Notes: generated from the letters alone by a model not told the origin. Positions 1 through 9,400 are shown, counted from the stretch's first letter. The stretch: DNA of 64,000 nucleotides from Patescibacteria group bacterium (GCA_023380635.1 JAMCRP010000001.1:469200-533199), one strand, 5' to 3'. Numbers and translations: made by a program.

Positions 1-579
1 ACCAGCACCACTAATAGCAGTAATGTGCCTTCGGCCACGACCGTGGGCAGTATTGTGACTAATAATGCCCCTACGGCCACTTTCAGCCTTTCGGAAATTG
101 ACGCTACTAAAGTGAAAGAGGGCCAGAAAGCCACCCTGACTTTGGATGCTTTGCCGGGCACGACCTTTACCGGCACGGTGGTGGGTATCAACCGCAGCGG
201 CGTGGTCTCTTCCAATGTGACGACTTATCCGATGGTTATCCAGTTTGACACTTCGCCCGAGGCGGTTCTGCCCAATATGTCTGTCACCGCCAATATCATT
301 ACCCAAACTAAAGACAACGCCTTGCTAATTCCTACAGCCGCGGTTACGACTCAAAACGGCCAAAGCACAGTCCGGGTGAAAGACGGTAACAATATTCAGA
401 CGGTGCCGGTAACTCTCGGGGTTTCTTCAGACACTCAGACAGAAATCACTTCCGGATTAACTGAAGGGCAAACGGTGATTGTTGGCGGCGGATTAACTAC
501 TCCCGGCAACCAAACTTCTTCGCCCTTCGGTGGCGGTTTTAGAATCGGCGGCGGAGGCGCGTTTAGAAGAGGAGGATAA
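1..579 (+). CDS. Efflux periplasmic adaptor subunit (HlyD/MacA family), C-terminal part; 5' end lies outside the window
   Basis: The reading frame is open from base 1 (the ORF track starts at a GTG at 25). Beta-rich, T/G-rich C-terminal domain typical of membrane-fusion proteins. It is followed, after a 4-nt gap, by a MacB-like ATPase and permease, preceded by a GGAGG RBS. Confidence 0.5.
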   Translation, partial: TSTTNSSNVPSATTVGSIVTNNAPTATFSLSEIDATKVKEGQKATLTLDALPGTTFTGTVVGINRSGVVSSNVTTYPMVIQFDTSPEAVLPNMSVTANIITQTKDNALLIPTAAVTTQNGQSTVRVKDGNNIQTVPVTLGVSSDTQTEITSGLTEGQTVIVGGGLTTPGNQTSSPFGGGFRIGGGGAFRRGG

Positions 580-583
580 ATGA

Positions 584-1291
584 ATGGGGCAACCAATTAT
601 CCAGGCTTCTCATCTGCGTAAAGTGTATGTGAATGACACGGTTGAAACCGTGGCTCTTTCCGATATTTCTTTTGGGGTTGAAAAGGGTGACTTTGTGGCC
701 ATTATGGGCCCGTCGGGTTCCGGCAAGTCCACTTTAATGCACATTATCGGCGCCTTGGACAAACCTACCAGCGGAACCTACGCAATCGACGGGGTAGAGG
801 TTGGCAAATTATCGGAAAATAAACTCTCCCAGCTGCGCAATAAAAAAATCGGTTTTGTCTTTCAGTTTTTTAATTTGCTTCCCCGGACTACCGCCTTAAA
901 AAATGTCATGCTACCCATGGTCTACGGAGGGGTAAGTTCGCAGGAACGGGTGCAAAAAGCCACTGAAGTGCTTCAGTTGGTAGGTTTAGGCGACCGGATG
1001 GACCATACCAGCAGTCAGCTTTCCGGCGGCCAAATGCAGCGGGTGGCTATCGCCCGGGCCCTGGTCATGGATCCGGCCATTATTCTGGCCGATGAACCGA
1101 CCGGAAACATTAGCAGCGTCCAGGCCGAAGAAATTATGCAAATCTTTGAACATCTGCATAAAAAAGGACATACGATTGTCATGATTACCCATGAACCGGA
1201 CATAGCCGCCCACGCCCAGAGAATTATTGAGTTAAAAGACGGCAAAATTGTTAGCGATAAACGAAACGGTCACCGGTATGGACATAAGTGA
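584..1291 (+). CDS. ABC transporter ATP-binding protein (MacB/LolD-like)
   Basis: Walker A GPSGSGKST, ABC signature LSGGQ, Walker B ILADEPTGN. GGAGG RBS 5 nt upstream. Confidence 0.85.
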   Translation: MGQPIIQASHLRKVYVNDTVETVALSDISFGVEKGDFVAIMGPSGSGKSTLMHIIGALDKPTSGTYAIDGVEVGKLSENKLSQLRNKKIGFVFQFFNLLPRTTALKNVMLPMVYGGVSSQERVQKATEVLQLVGLGDRMDHTSSQLSGGQMQRVAIARALVMDPAIILADEPTGNISSVQAEEIMQIFEHLHKKGHTIVMITHEPDIAAHAQRIIELKDGKIVSDKRNGHRYGHK

Positions 1292-2504
1292 ACTTTTTTA
1301 CTCAGCTTTAGAAGCGTTAACTTTAAATAAATTGCGTACCGCCCTGGCGGGTCTGGGTATCGTTATTGGCATTGGAGCAGTTATTGCCCTGATTTCTCTT
1401 GGTGAAGCCAGCCAGCTTGCGGTTCAAAATCAGATCCAGTCTCTGGGATCAAACCTATTGACAGTTATTCCGGGGTCTCAGCGGGCCGGCGGCGGGGTTC
1501 AAAGCGGGTTTGGGGGAGCTACCACCTTAACTTATGACGACGCCAAGGCGATTGCCACTTCACCGCAAATTACGACAGTCGCCCAGGTCTCACCGGAATT
1601 ATCCCGACGGGCTCAGGTAACCACCGGCGCTGCCAACACCAACACTTCAATCATGGGGGCCACCCCGGCTTACGAAACCGTCCACAATCTTACTCTGCAG
1701 TCGGGAAGTTTTATCACTTCTGACCAGGTCGATTCGCTGAGTAAAGTCGCCGTCATCGGCCCTACGACCGCCAGTAATCTCTTTGGTGACGGTACCGACC
1801 CGGTTGGCCAGAATGTCCGGATTAATAAGGTCGCTTTCCGGATCATCGGCGAAACCGCCTCAAAAGGAGGCACGGGTTTCAATAATCAGGACGACATGAT
1901 TATCATTCCCTTAACTACCGCCCAGAAACTGGTTTTCGGCGTCGATTATGTTTCGGATATTTCTCTTCAGGCTAAAAACGCCAATGACATGACCGCCGCC
2001 CAAAATGAAGTCGGTTATTTTCTGCTCTCCCGCCATCATTTTAACGATCCGTCCCAGGCGGATTTTTCTATCTTTTCCCAGGCAGATATTCTGGGAGCCG
2101 CCAGCCAGATTACCGGCACTTTTACTGTCCTTCTTTCCGGCATCGCCGCCATTTCTCTTCTGGTCGGCGGGATCGGAATTATGAACATCATGCTGGTGAC
2201 GGTTATTGAACGCACCCGGGAAATCGGCCTTCGCAAGGCCCTGGGAGCTACCAGCACGGTTATTATTACCCAGTTTTTAATCGAAGCCATTTTTCTGACC
2301 TTTGGCGGGGGAGTCATCGGTGCCGGTTTGGGAATTGGTCTATCTTTCGTAGCTTCGAAGTTAATCAGCTTGCCTTTTACTGTTTCCCTTTCCGCGATTT
2401 TGCTCTCTTTCAGTGTCTCCGCGGCAATTGGTATAATTTTTGGCTGGTACCCGGCCCAAAAAGCCGCCAAGTTGAGCCCGATCGAAGCTCTAAGATATGA
2501 ATAG
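1278..2504 (+). CDS. ABC transporter permease (FtsX/MacB-type)
   Basis: N-terminal TM segment, large periplasmic domain, C-terminal 3-TM FtsX-like domain. The internal ATG at 1278 is the preferred start (the ORF track starts at 1248). Confidence 0.7.
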   Translation: MDISELFYSALEALTLNKLRTALAGLGIVIGIGAVIALISLGEASQLAVQNQIQSLGSNLLTVIPGSQRAGGGVQSGFGGATTLTYDDAKAIATSPQITTVAQVSPELSRRAQVTTGAANTNTSIMGATPAYETVHNLTLQSGSFITSDQVDSLSKVAVIGPTTASNLFGDGTDPVGQNVRINKVAFRIIGETASKGGTGFNNQDDMIIIPLTTAQKLVFGVDYVSDISLQAKNANDMTAAQNEVGYFLLSRHHFNDPSQADFSIFSQADILGAASQITGTFTVLLSGIAAISLLVGGIGIMNIMLVTVIERTREIGLRKALGATSTVIITQFLIEAIFLTFGGGVIGAGLGIGLSFVASKLISLPFTVSLSAILLSFSVSAAIGIIFGWYPAQKAAKLSPIEALRYE

Positions 2505-3291
2505 CATTATTGAGGTTACCAATCTGGTTAAAAAGTTTGGCGATTTTACCGCCGTAAATAATATCTCTTTTAGCGTTGCCGCCGGAGAAGTCTTTGCTTT
2601 TTTGGGTCCTAACGGCGCCGGTAAAACCACCACGATTAAAATGCTGACGACTTTATTGGCCCCCACTTCCGGCAAAATTTTAATTAACGGTCAAAGCCCG
2701 GCAGAAAACCAGGATGCGGTGCGCAAATCCTTTGGCATTGTCTTTCAGGATCCCAGCCTGGATGACGAGCTGACCGCCTACGAAAATCTGCAGTTCCACG
2801 CGGTTTTGTACGGCGTACCGCCGGCGGTGGCTAAAAAAAGAATCGACGAACTCCTCACTATTGTCGAACTGGTCGACCGGCGTAATCACTTAGTTAAAAC
2901 TTTTTCCGGCGGGATGAAACGAAGACTGGAAATTGCCCGCGGCTTACTTCACCACCCCAAAGTCTTTTTTCTGGATGAACCTACCCAGGGCCTGGACCCG
3001 CAAACCCGAAACCGTATCTGGCAATATGTCCTGGATTTAAACAAGCGCGAGGGAATTACTATTTTCTTCACCACTCACTACATGGAAGAGGCTGACCGGG
3101 TAGCTCAAAGAATTGCCATTATTGATCACGGCAAGATTATTAACACTGGCACGCCGGCTCAGCTTAAAAAGCAAACCCAAAGCAAAACCCTGGAAGAAGC
3201 CTTTTTAGAATTAACCGGGCACGAAATCCGCGACGAAGAGGGAACGGCCATTGAAAGAATGCGCATGGGGAGACGGTTATGGCACCGATAA
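2497..3291 (+). CDS. ABC transporter ATP-binding protein (ABC-2/DrrA-like)
   Basis: Walker A GPNGAGKTT, signature FSGGMKRR, Walker B FLDEPTQGLD. Confidence 0.85.
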   Translation: MNSIIEVTNLVKKFGDFTAVNNISFSVAAGEVFAFLGPNGAGKTTTIKMLTTLLAPTSGKILINGQSPAENQDAVRKSFGIVFQDPSLDDELTAYENLQFHAVLYGVPPAVAKKRIDELLTIVELVDRRNHLVKTFSGGMKRRLEIARGLLHHPKVFFLDEPTQGLDPQTRNRIWQYVLDLNKREGITIFFTTHYMEEADRVAQRIAIIDHGKIINTGTPAQLKKQTQSKTLEEAFLELTGHEIRDEEGTAIERMRMGRRLWHR

Positions 3292-3298
3292 ATATTTT

Positions 3299-4045
3299 AT
3301 GAAAGCAATCTACATCCTTTGGCTTAGACAATTGAAACGGTACTTGCGCTCGCGATCAAGAATCGTGGGGTCTTTAGGCCAGCCAATCCTGTTTTTAGTG
3401 GCTTTAGGCTTTGGGCTGGGGCCGACTTTTGCCCGGGCCGGAGAGGGAAGTTACCTTCAGTTTTTAGCCCCGGGGGTCATTGCCATGAGCGTGTTGTTTA
3501 CGGCAATTTTTGCCGGAGTTGAAGTCATTTGGGATAAGCAGTTTGGCTTTCTTAAAGAAACTCTGGTTGCCCCCGTTCCGCGCTGGCAGATTATGACCGG
3601 TCGCACTTTGGGCGGCGCCACCGTTGCGGCCCTCCAAGGTTTAATCGTCTTTGTGATTGCCCTGTTTGCCGGCTTCCGGTTTCCGCCCCTGGTCAATTTG
3701 ATTCCCGCCGCCATTGTGGTCGTTTTGATTGCTTTACTGTTTACCGGATTGGGAACAGCTATCGCTTCAGTTTTGGACGACATGCAGGGTTTTCAGCTGA
3801 TTATGAATTTTTTGGTCATGCCGCTTTTCTTTCTTTCCGGCGCCCTGTTTCCGCTGCGGGGGCTGCCCGAGCCATTGTCCTTGATTACTATCTTAAACCC
3901 CCTGTCATACGGCGTTGACGGTTTGCGGGGGAGTCTGACCGGAATTTCGGCTTTCAGCTTTTCCTCAGATTTATCTGTTTTAATGGTAATTACTCTGATT
4001 ATTATTGCTATCGGCAGCTATTTGTTTAGCAAAATCGAGATATGA
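3299..4045 (+). CDS. ABC-2 type transporter permease
   Basis: Six predicted TM helices and a typical ABC-2 N-terminus starting at the internal ATG at 3299. The ORF-track start at 3251 would overlap the upstream gene. Confidence 0.7.
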   Translation: MKAIYILWLRQLKRYLRSRSRIVGSLGQPILFLVALGFGLGPTFARAGEGSYLQFLAPGVIAMSVLFTAIFAGVEVIWDKQFGFLKETLVAPVPRWQIMTGRTLGGATVAALQGLIVFVIALFAGFRFPPLVNLIPAAIVVVLIALLFTGLGTAIASVLDDMQGFQLIMNFLVMPLFFLSGALFPLRGLPEPLSLITILNPLSYGVDGLRGSLTGISAFSFSSDLSVLMVITLIIIAIGSYLFSKIEI

Positions 4046-4464
4046 CGAATAAAATAATCTACGGTTTAATTACTCTGGCCCTTGCCGGTTTGGCTTTTTA
4101 CGGCGGGATTAAATACCAACAAAAACAGGCTGCCGCCCGAATAAGCAGTTTTTCCCAAAACGGCGGGAATAACGGCCAAATACGCACCCGCTTTGGAAAC
4201 GGCGCCAACGGGGGAGCCGTGCGCGGAGAAGTTCTCTCGGTTGACGCCAATGGACTGACCGTGAAAAATCGGGACGGGAGCAGCAGAATCGTTTTGTTTT
4301 CCGGCAGCACGGTCATTAATAAGGCCGACGTCGCCACTAAGGATGACATTAAAACCGGAAGCACCGTGGCCGTCTTTGGCACTATCAACTCTGACGGCAG
4401 CATTACCGCTCAGAACGTGCAGATAAATCCCGTCCAACCGCCCCCGCCAAACCCCACCCAATAA
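4042..4464 (+). CDS. Hypothetical membrane-anchored or secreted protein (DUF5666-like beta-rich domain)
   Basis: N-terminal TM/signal segment and a Gly/Asn-rich region. Start overlaps the upstream stop (ATGA). Confidence 0.4.
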   Translation: MTNKIIYGLITLALAGLAFYGGIKYQQKQAAARISSFSQNGGNNGQIRTRFGNGANGGAVRGEVLSVDANGLTVKNRDGSSRIVLFSGSTVINKADVATKDDIKTGSTVAVFGTINSDGSITAQNVQINPVQPPPPNPTQ

Positions 4465-4542
4465 GTACCTATAGTTTGAAGTTGTGATATAGTTGGATAT
4501 ATTCGGGTTTTTTCTGGTTAGAACTGCTTAGCACTCTCCTGC

Positions 4543-4567
4543 TCCCCTTGCTAATCGGGGGTTTTTC
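4543..4567 (+). terminator. Weak intrinsic-terminator-like hairpin followed by TTTTT
   Basis: CTCCCC(4542-4547) / GGGGG(4557-4561) stem with a 9-nt loop, then GTTTTT. It lies downstream of the 4042-4464 gene. Confidence 0.3.
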
Positions 4568-4654
4568 GAGCCTGTTCTTGCCCAACTCTTACCCCCTTTT
4601 CAGTTTTAATTTCCAATCAAATTTTAGACTGCGGAACTAAGGAGGTGACAAATA

Positions 4655-4822
4655 ATGGATAACGACCAAAATAACAGCAACGCCGTTAATTTTACTCCGG
4701 ACCAATCCGGTCTAGAAAAGCCTGTCGAAAAGGCCCAGGAAAATGCCAAGACTAAAGGCTCTGAAAAAACACGCCAGAAAGGCGCGGGCCGCAAGTCGCG
4801 GTCTCGCAGCCACCGTAAGTAA
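4655..4822 (+). CDS. Small ORF (55 aa, basic C-terminus) with a strong RBS, overlapping the 5' end of mscL in another frame
   Basis: AGGAGGTG lies 7 nt upstream of the ATG at 4655. Below the 60-aa cutoff of the ORF track. Ends at TAA 4820-4822. Confidence 0.3.
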   Translation: MDNDQNNSNAVNFTPDQSGLEKPVEKAQENAKTKGSEKTRQKGAGRKSRSRSHRK

Positions 4823-5141
4823 TTCCCTGCTCGGCCGTCAAGCACGGGGCTTTGTCCGCTTTATCCGCAAGCAGGGCATTTTTAGCTTGGCGGTGGGTTT
4901 TGTTTTGGGCGGAAAAGTTTCCCAACTGGTGTCCGCCTTGGTTGCGGACATTATTAATCCCCCGCTAGGCGTGGTTTTAGGTAAGGTTAATCTTCGTGAC
5001 GCTGTTTTAACTTTAGGCAGCGTCAAAATTTTATGGGGCGATTTTGTCAGCAACCTGATTGATTTTCTGATTGTGGCGACGGTCGTCTACATCGGCACTG
5101 TCATTATCCAGGCGGAACCAGTTGCAAAAGAAGAAAAGTAG
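4743..5141 (+). CDS. mscL: Large-conductance mechanosensitive channel MscL
   Basis: GFVRFIRKQGIFSLAVGFVLGG...SALVADIINPPLG...FLIVATVVYI matches the MscL S1/TM1/TM2 pattern. The first 30 codons are an unusual basic extension, so the start is uncertain. Confidence 0.75.
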   Translation: MPRLKALKKHARKARAASRGLAATVSNSLLGRQARGFVRFIRKQGIFSLAVGFVLGGKVSQLVSALVADIINPPLGVVLGKVNLRDAVLTLGSVKILWGDFVSNLIDFLIVATVVYIGTVIIQAEPVAKEEK

Positions 5142-5176
5142 GTCTACGATAATTGTATGGTTGCTGAAACCGACAC

Positions 5177-5410
5177 ATGATGTATTCTGCCTTTCCCCGC
5201 TTTTGGCCGATGATGGGCGTTTCTGTTTTTGCTTGGCTTCTGCCTCTGGTGATTTTAGATCTTATCCTAAAAGGAATTGCCTTATGGCGGGCCGCCAGAA
5301 ACAATCAGTCCTACTGGTTTGTCGCTCTGTTAATTTTTAACACTGTTGGGATTCTTCCCTTAGTCTACCTGGCTTTTTTTCAGAAAACCCAAACCAGTAA
5401 AAAGAAATGA
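5177..5410 (+). CDS. PLDc_N-type small membrane protein (N-terminal membrane module of cardiolipin-synthase-like enzymes)
   Basis: 77 aa with two TM helices; W..A..N...YW...LLIFN.VGILPLVYL pattern of PF13396. Confidence 0.5.
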   Translation: MMYSAFPRFWPMMGVSVFAWLLPLVILDLILKGIALWRAARNNQSYWFVALLIFNTVGILPLVYLAFFQKTQTSKKK

Positions 5411-5961
5411 CCCTGAAATCTACCCGGACTCTGGAAGATCTGCGCCCGGTCCTTAAAGACCCTTTTTCTGTTGGCCCGAATGTGGTCTACCGGGTGTTTA
5501 CGAATTTGGAAAATCCCGGATGGAAACAGTGGATAAACATGACCCAAATCGGCCCGGGAATTTTTCAGGATGAATACGCTAAGACCTTTGGTCATTACCA
5601 TAACAACAATAACCCGGAAACCTACTTTGTGGAGGAAGGCAACGGAGTTTTGGAACTGCAAAAAGGGTTTGAGGCTAGTGAAGTGCTGCTTATTAAAGCT
5701 CAAAAGGGTGACCGGGTGGTAATTCCTGTCGGGTATGGCCATGCCTGGATTAACACCGGAAACGCCGACCTGGTTCTCTTGGATGACTGGGCCACCCCCC
5801 ATTCGCCTGAGGATTATAAATGGATAGAAGACCATCACGGCTTGGCCTATTACATTACCGACGGTAATAGCAAAGTTAGGGCCACCCCTAACCCGAACTA
5901 CAAAAACCTTCCGGAACCCAAATGGCTGACGGCTAAAGAGTTTAATGAACAAAAGCTTTAA
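5407..5961 (+). CDS. pgiA: Cupin-type glucose-6-phosphate isomerase (archaeal-type cPGI)
   Basis: Collinear with the Pyrococcus cPGI sequence: TFGHYH vs TKGHFH, EGNGVLELQ vs KGKGGMLLQ, GYGHAWINTGN vs YWAHRTVNIGD; metal ligands His/His/Glu/His are conserved. Confidence 0.75.
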   Translation: MTLKSTRTLEDLRPVLKDPFSVGPNVVYRVFTNLENPGWKQWINMTQIGPGIFQDEYAKTFGHYHNNNNPETYFVEEGNGVLELQKGFEASEVLLIKAQKGDRVVIPVGYGHAWINTGNADLVLLDDWATPHSPEDYKWIEDHHGLAYYITDGNSKVRATPNPNYKNLPEPKWLTAKEFNEQKL

Positions 5962-6910
5962 GGCTTCCTTTTACCTTCTGGTTTTTGCCGCGGTTACTTT
6001 TTACTTCGCCTTTTTTCGGCCGCCACCCAAGACTTCTTATTCCTCCGCCGAGGTTTTGGGCGAAAATACCAATTTAACTTTATTTATCGAGCCGGACGAC
6101 GGCCGGGCGCCTTTATTAAATTACATTAACGCCAGCCAAAACCAAATTCTTACCGAGGTTTACATTCTTTCCGACAAGGAAATCGGTTCGGCTTTGGCTT
6201 CCCGCAGCGCGATTACCAAGATACTTCTCGAAGAGCACCCGTTTGGCGGGGGTAATTTCAACCAAAAAACGAAAGATTGGCTGGGAAATATCGTCCGCTG
6301 GACCAATCCGGATTTTACCCTTACTCACCAAAAATCAATGGTCTTCGACGATGCGGTCGTCTGCATTTTAAACATGAATTTATCCGCCACGGCTTTTAGT
6401 AAAAACCGGGAGTACAACATCTGCAGCGAAAATAAAGAAGATGTCGCCGAGGTAACCAATATTTTTAACGCCGATTGGAACCGAAAGGACTTCTCTCCGG
6501 CTGATCCAAATTTGGTCGTCTCCCCCGTTAACTCCCGGGCCAAATTAACGGCGTTTATTTCCGGAGCCCAAAAATCCCTGGATATCGAGATGGAGGTGGT
6601 GAGCGACGACCAGATGGTTAATCTTTTAACTGATAAAGCTAAAAATATTCCGGTGCAAATCCTGGTTCCCAATCCAAAAGATGTTGCCAATTCTCCCGTT
6701 CCCGGCGCGCAGGTGAAATCTCTGAAAAAACCCTACCCTCATGCCAAATTAATTATCGTTGATGGAGTGCGGGCTTATACCGGCTCAGTCAACTTAACTA
6801 CCCAAAGCCTGGATCAAAACCGCGAGCTGGGCATCCTAGTTTCTCAGACAGATATCTTAGACCGACTTAACCAGACATTTGCAAAAGATTGGAATAATGC
6901 TAATCTATAA
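5945..6910 (+). CDS. Phospholipase D-family protein with two HKD motifs (cardiolipin synthase-like catalytic unit)
   Basis: HQKSMVFDD and HAKLIIVDG...GSVNLT (HxK(x)4D...GSxN) motifs. N-terminal TM/signal segment. Confidence 0.75.
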   Translation: MNKSFKASFYLLVFAAVTFYFAFFRPPPKTSYSSAEVLGENTNLTLFIEPDDGRAPLLNYINASQNQILTEVYILSDKEIGSALASRSAITKILLEEHPFGGGNFNQKTKDWLGNIVRWTNPDFTLTHQKSMVFDDAVVCILNMNLSATAFSKNREYNICSENKEDVAEVTNIFNADWNRKDFSPADPNLVVSPVNSRAKLTAFISGAQKSLDIEMEVVSDDQMVNLLTDKAKNIPVQILVPNPKDVANSPVPGAQVKSLKKPYPHAKLIIVDGVRAYTGSVNLTTQSLDQNRELGILVSQTDILDRLNQTFAKDWNNANL

Positions 6911-6913
6911 AAG

Positions 6914-7480
6914 ATGGACTTTATCAAAAAACATCTTCTCTGGGTCATTGCCGGAGCGGTTGTTTTTCTGCTGGTGGTTACCGCCGGCTATTACAACTCT
7001 TTTGTGGCCGCCAACAACGCCATCGACGGCCAATGGAAACAGGTCGAAGTGCAATATCAAAGGCGCTTTGATTTAATCCCCAATTTGGTTGAAGCTACCA
7101 AGGGAATTATGCAGCAGGAACAGACGGTTTTTGGCAACATCGCCGCCGCCCGGGCTAACTACGCCGGAGCCCAAACCCCTGACCAGAAAGTGGCCGCTGC
7201 CAATCAGGTCGAGTCTGCTCTGGGCAGATTATTGGCTATCGTCGAAAATTATCCTCAGCTTAAATCCGACCAAGCGGTTCTGCGCCTGCAGGATGAACTG
7301 GCGGGAACCGAAAACCGGATTGCCGTGGAAAGGCGACGCTATAACGATCTGGTTCAGCAATATAACACCAACATCAGCACTATTCCGGGCAATATTTTTG
7401 CCGGCATATTTGGTTTCAAGTCCCGGCAGTACTTTAACGCTACTCCCGGATCAGAAAACGCTCCCCAGGTAAAGTTCTAA
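6914..7480 (+). CDS. lemA: LemA family protein
   Basis: N-terminal TM; QWKQVEVQYQRRFDLIPNLVE...NRIAVERRRYNDLVQQYN is the canonical LemA signature. Confidence 0.8.
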   Translation: MDFIKKHLLWVIAGAVVFLLVVTAGYYNSFVAANNAIDGQWKQVEVQYQRRFDLIPNLVEATKGIMQQEQTVFGNIAAARANYAGAQTPDQKVAAANQVESALGRLLAIVENYPQLKSDQAVLRLQDELAGTENRIAVERRRYNDLVQQYNTNISTIPGNIFAGIFGFKSRQYFNATPGSENAPQVKF

Positions 7481-8403
7481 TGAAAAAACTTTTCCTTGTC
7501 TTCTTCTCTACCTTTCTTCTTTTCTTCCTTACTTCCTCCGTTTTTGCCGCTTCTTTTCCCGCTCCCACCGGTTTTGTCAATGACTTTGCGGGAATTTTAA
7601 CCGCTTCGCAAAAAGCCGACTTAGAACAAAATCTCCAAAATTTTCAAAACCAGACCGGCAACGAAATTGCCGTGGTCACGATTAAAGATTTGGGCGGCGA
7701 TACGATTGAAAATATGGCTGTTAAATTGTTTGAACAGTGGAAAATCGGCCAAAAGGGCAAAGATAACGGCGCCCTTCTACTAATTGCCGTAAACGACCGT
7801 AAACTGCATATCGAAGTGGGTTACGGCTTGGAACCGGCGCTGACTGACGCCCGGGCCGGCGACATTATTAGAAACGTCATTACTCCTAAATTTAAACAAA
7901 ACGACTATTACGGCGGGATAAAAGATGGGATTACTATTATGGAAGAGACCATTTCCAACTCCAATAATTCCCCCGCTTCTGGGACCACGACAACTTCTAA
8001 AACTTTAAGTTTCGGTTCGGTTTTTAACGCGGTGGTGTTTGTGGGAATTTTCGGCTGGTTTTTGATTCCATTGGCTATTTACCTGGCCGCCTTTTTCGGT
8101 CGCAGTAAAAGAATCTGGCCGGGAGGTTTGGTTGGGCTCTTGGCCGGTTTGGTAATCGGTGTAGTTTTTAGCTATCTGGCCGCCGCTATCTTGGGTGTCA
8201 TCTTGGGGTTAATAGGTTTGTTTCTTGATTGGGTCTTATCTAAAAATTATGACAGGCTGATAAAACTTGGGAAAAGCACCCGGTGGCACCATACCTGGGG
8301 CGGGTTTTATACCGGCGGCTTCGGGGGTGGTGGCAGTGGGGGCGGTTTTGGAGGGTTTGGCGGAGGCTCTTCCGGCGGCGGCGGTTCTTCCGGCAGCTGG
8401 TAG
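7480..8403 (+). CDS. TPM-domain protein (TLP18.3/Psb32/MOLO-1 family) with TM helices and a Gly-rich tail
   Basis: Signal peptide; FVNDFAGIL...IAVVTI...LLLIAVNDRKLHIEVGYGLE TPM fold signature; poly-Gly C-terminus. Start overlaps the LemA stop. Confidence 0.75.
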   Translation: MKKLFLVFFSTFLLFFLTSSVFAASFPAPTGFVNDFAGILTASQKADLEQNLQNFQNQTGNEIAVVTIKDLGGDTIENMAVKLFEQWKIGQKGKDNGALLLIAVNDRKLHIEVGYGLEPALTDARAGDIIRNVITPKFKQNDYYGGIKDGITIMEETISNSNNSPASGTTTTSKTLSFGSVFNAVVFVGIFGWFLIPLAIYLAAFFGRSKRIWPGGLVGLLAGLVIGVVFSYLAAAILGVILGLIGLFLDWVLSKNYDRLIKLGKSTRWHHTWGGFYTGGFGGGGSGGGFGGFGGGSSGGGGSSGSW

Positions 8404-8416
8404 TGTATACTGAAGT

Positions 8417-8807
8417 TATGAACAATTTTTTCCACAAACTGGCTAATAATATTGCCAATCTTGCCGGTTCTCCCTGGGCTTTTATCCTGGCCGTAGTCTT
8501 TATCCTTGGCTGGGTGGTTACCGGCCCGATTTTCGGTTTCTCCGACACCTGGCAGTTAATTATTAATACTGTCACCAATATCGTGGCCCTTCTTATGGTC
8601 TTTATCATCCAAAATACCCAAAACCGCGACTCCAAAGCGATAAATTTAAAACTCGACGAGCTTCTTAAGGGGGTTAAGGGCGCCCGCACCGGGATGGTGG
8701 ACATTGAAGATGTCACCGACGAGGAGCTGACCAGACTAGAGAAAGAATTTTCTGATATGCACCAGAAATATCGCGACGAACTCTCCCGCCGCCGGGCCAA
8801 AACCTAA
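8417..8807 (+). CDS. Low-affinity iron permease family protein (PF04120-like)
   Basis: FSDTWQLIINTVTNIVALLMVFIIQNTQNRDSKAINLKLDELL matches the family. Start taken at the internal ATG at 8417; the ORF-track N-terminal extension overlaps the TPM gene. Confidence 0.55.
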
Positions 8808-9385
8808 ACCCCCTTTTTCAGCGCCGTGGTCACAAAAATGTCCCGGTGATAGCGGCACGGACCGTATTTTTGTATGGCCGCCAAATGTTTTTTGGTCCCG
8901 TAGCCCTTATTAATTTTCCAGTGGTAGCGGCGAAATTCCTTGTGGAGTTGGCGCATAATTTTATCCCGTTCGACTTTTGCCACTATTCCCGCCAGGATTA
9001 CTTCCGGTATCGTCGCGTCTGCGTCAACGATGCTTTGTATCCTGTCGGTTTTACCCGCTACCCGGCCGATTTTTAGTTTTCCGTCAACAATATATTTATC
9101 AGTCTCTACCTTTTTAATTAACCGGCGAAAGATTTCTTTATTTGCCCAACCAATACCATGATTATTGATACTTCGCGCCGAAATAGTTTCGACAAGTATT
9201 ATTGCTCCAGATTTTCGTAATCGCCGGCATATCTCCTCTCGCTCCAGCGCCGTCAACAATTTTCCGTCTTTTAATTTATCCTTTTGTATCTTGTGTTTTG
9301 TTTCTTGGTTAATTACCACAGCAGCTGCCATGAGCGGACCGGCCAAGGCTCCCCGACCAGCTTCGTCTAATCCACAGATTACCAT
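8804..9385 (-). CDS. rnhB: Ribonuclease HII
   Basis: N-terminal ICGLDEAGRG catalytic-Asp motif; length 193 aa. Confidence 0.85.
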   Translation of the reverse strand: MVICGLDEAGRGALAGPLMAAAVVINQETKHKIQKDKLKDGKLLTALEREEICRRLRKSGAIILVETISARSINNHGIGWANKEIFRRLIKKVETDKYIVDGKLKIGRVAGKTDRIQSIVDADATIPEVILAGIVAKVERDKIMRQLHKEFRRYHWKINKGYGTKKHLAAIQKYGPCRYHRDIFVTTALKKGV

Positions 9386-9400
9386 GTCTTGAATTATAGT

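Noticed and set aside
8283-8416. N-terminal extension of ORF 8283-8807
   Set aside because: It is an Arg-rich low-complexity read-through overlapping the Gly-rich tail of the TPM gene in another frame. The family-conserved start is the ATG at 8417.
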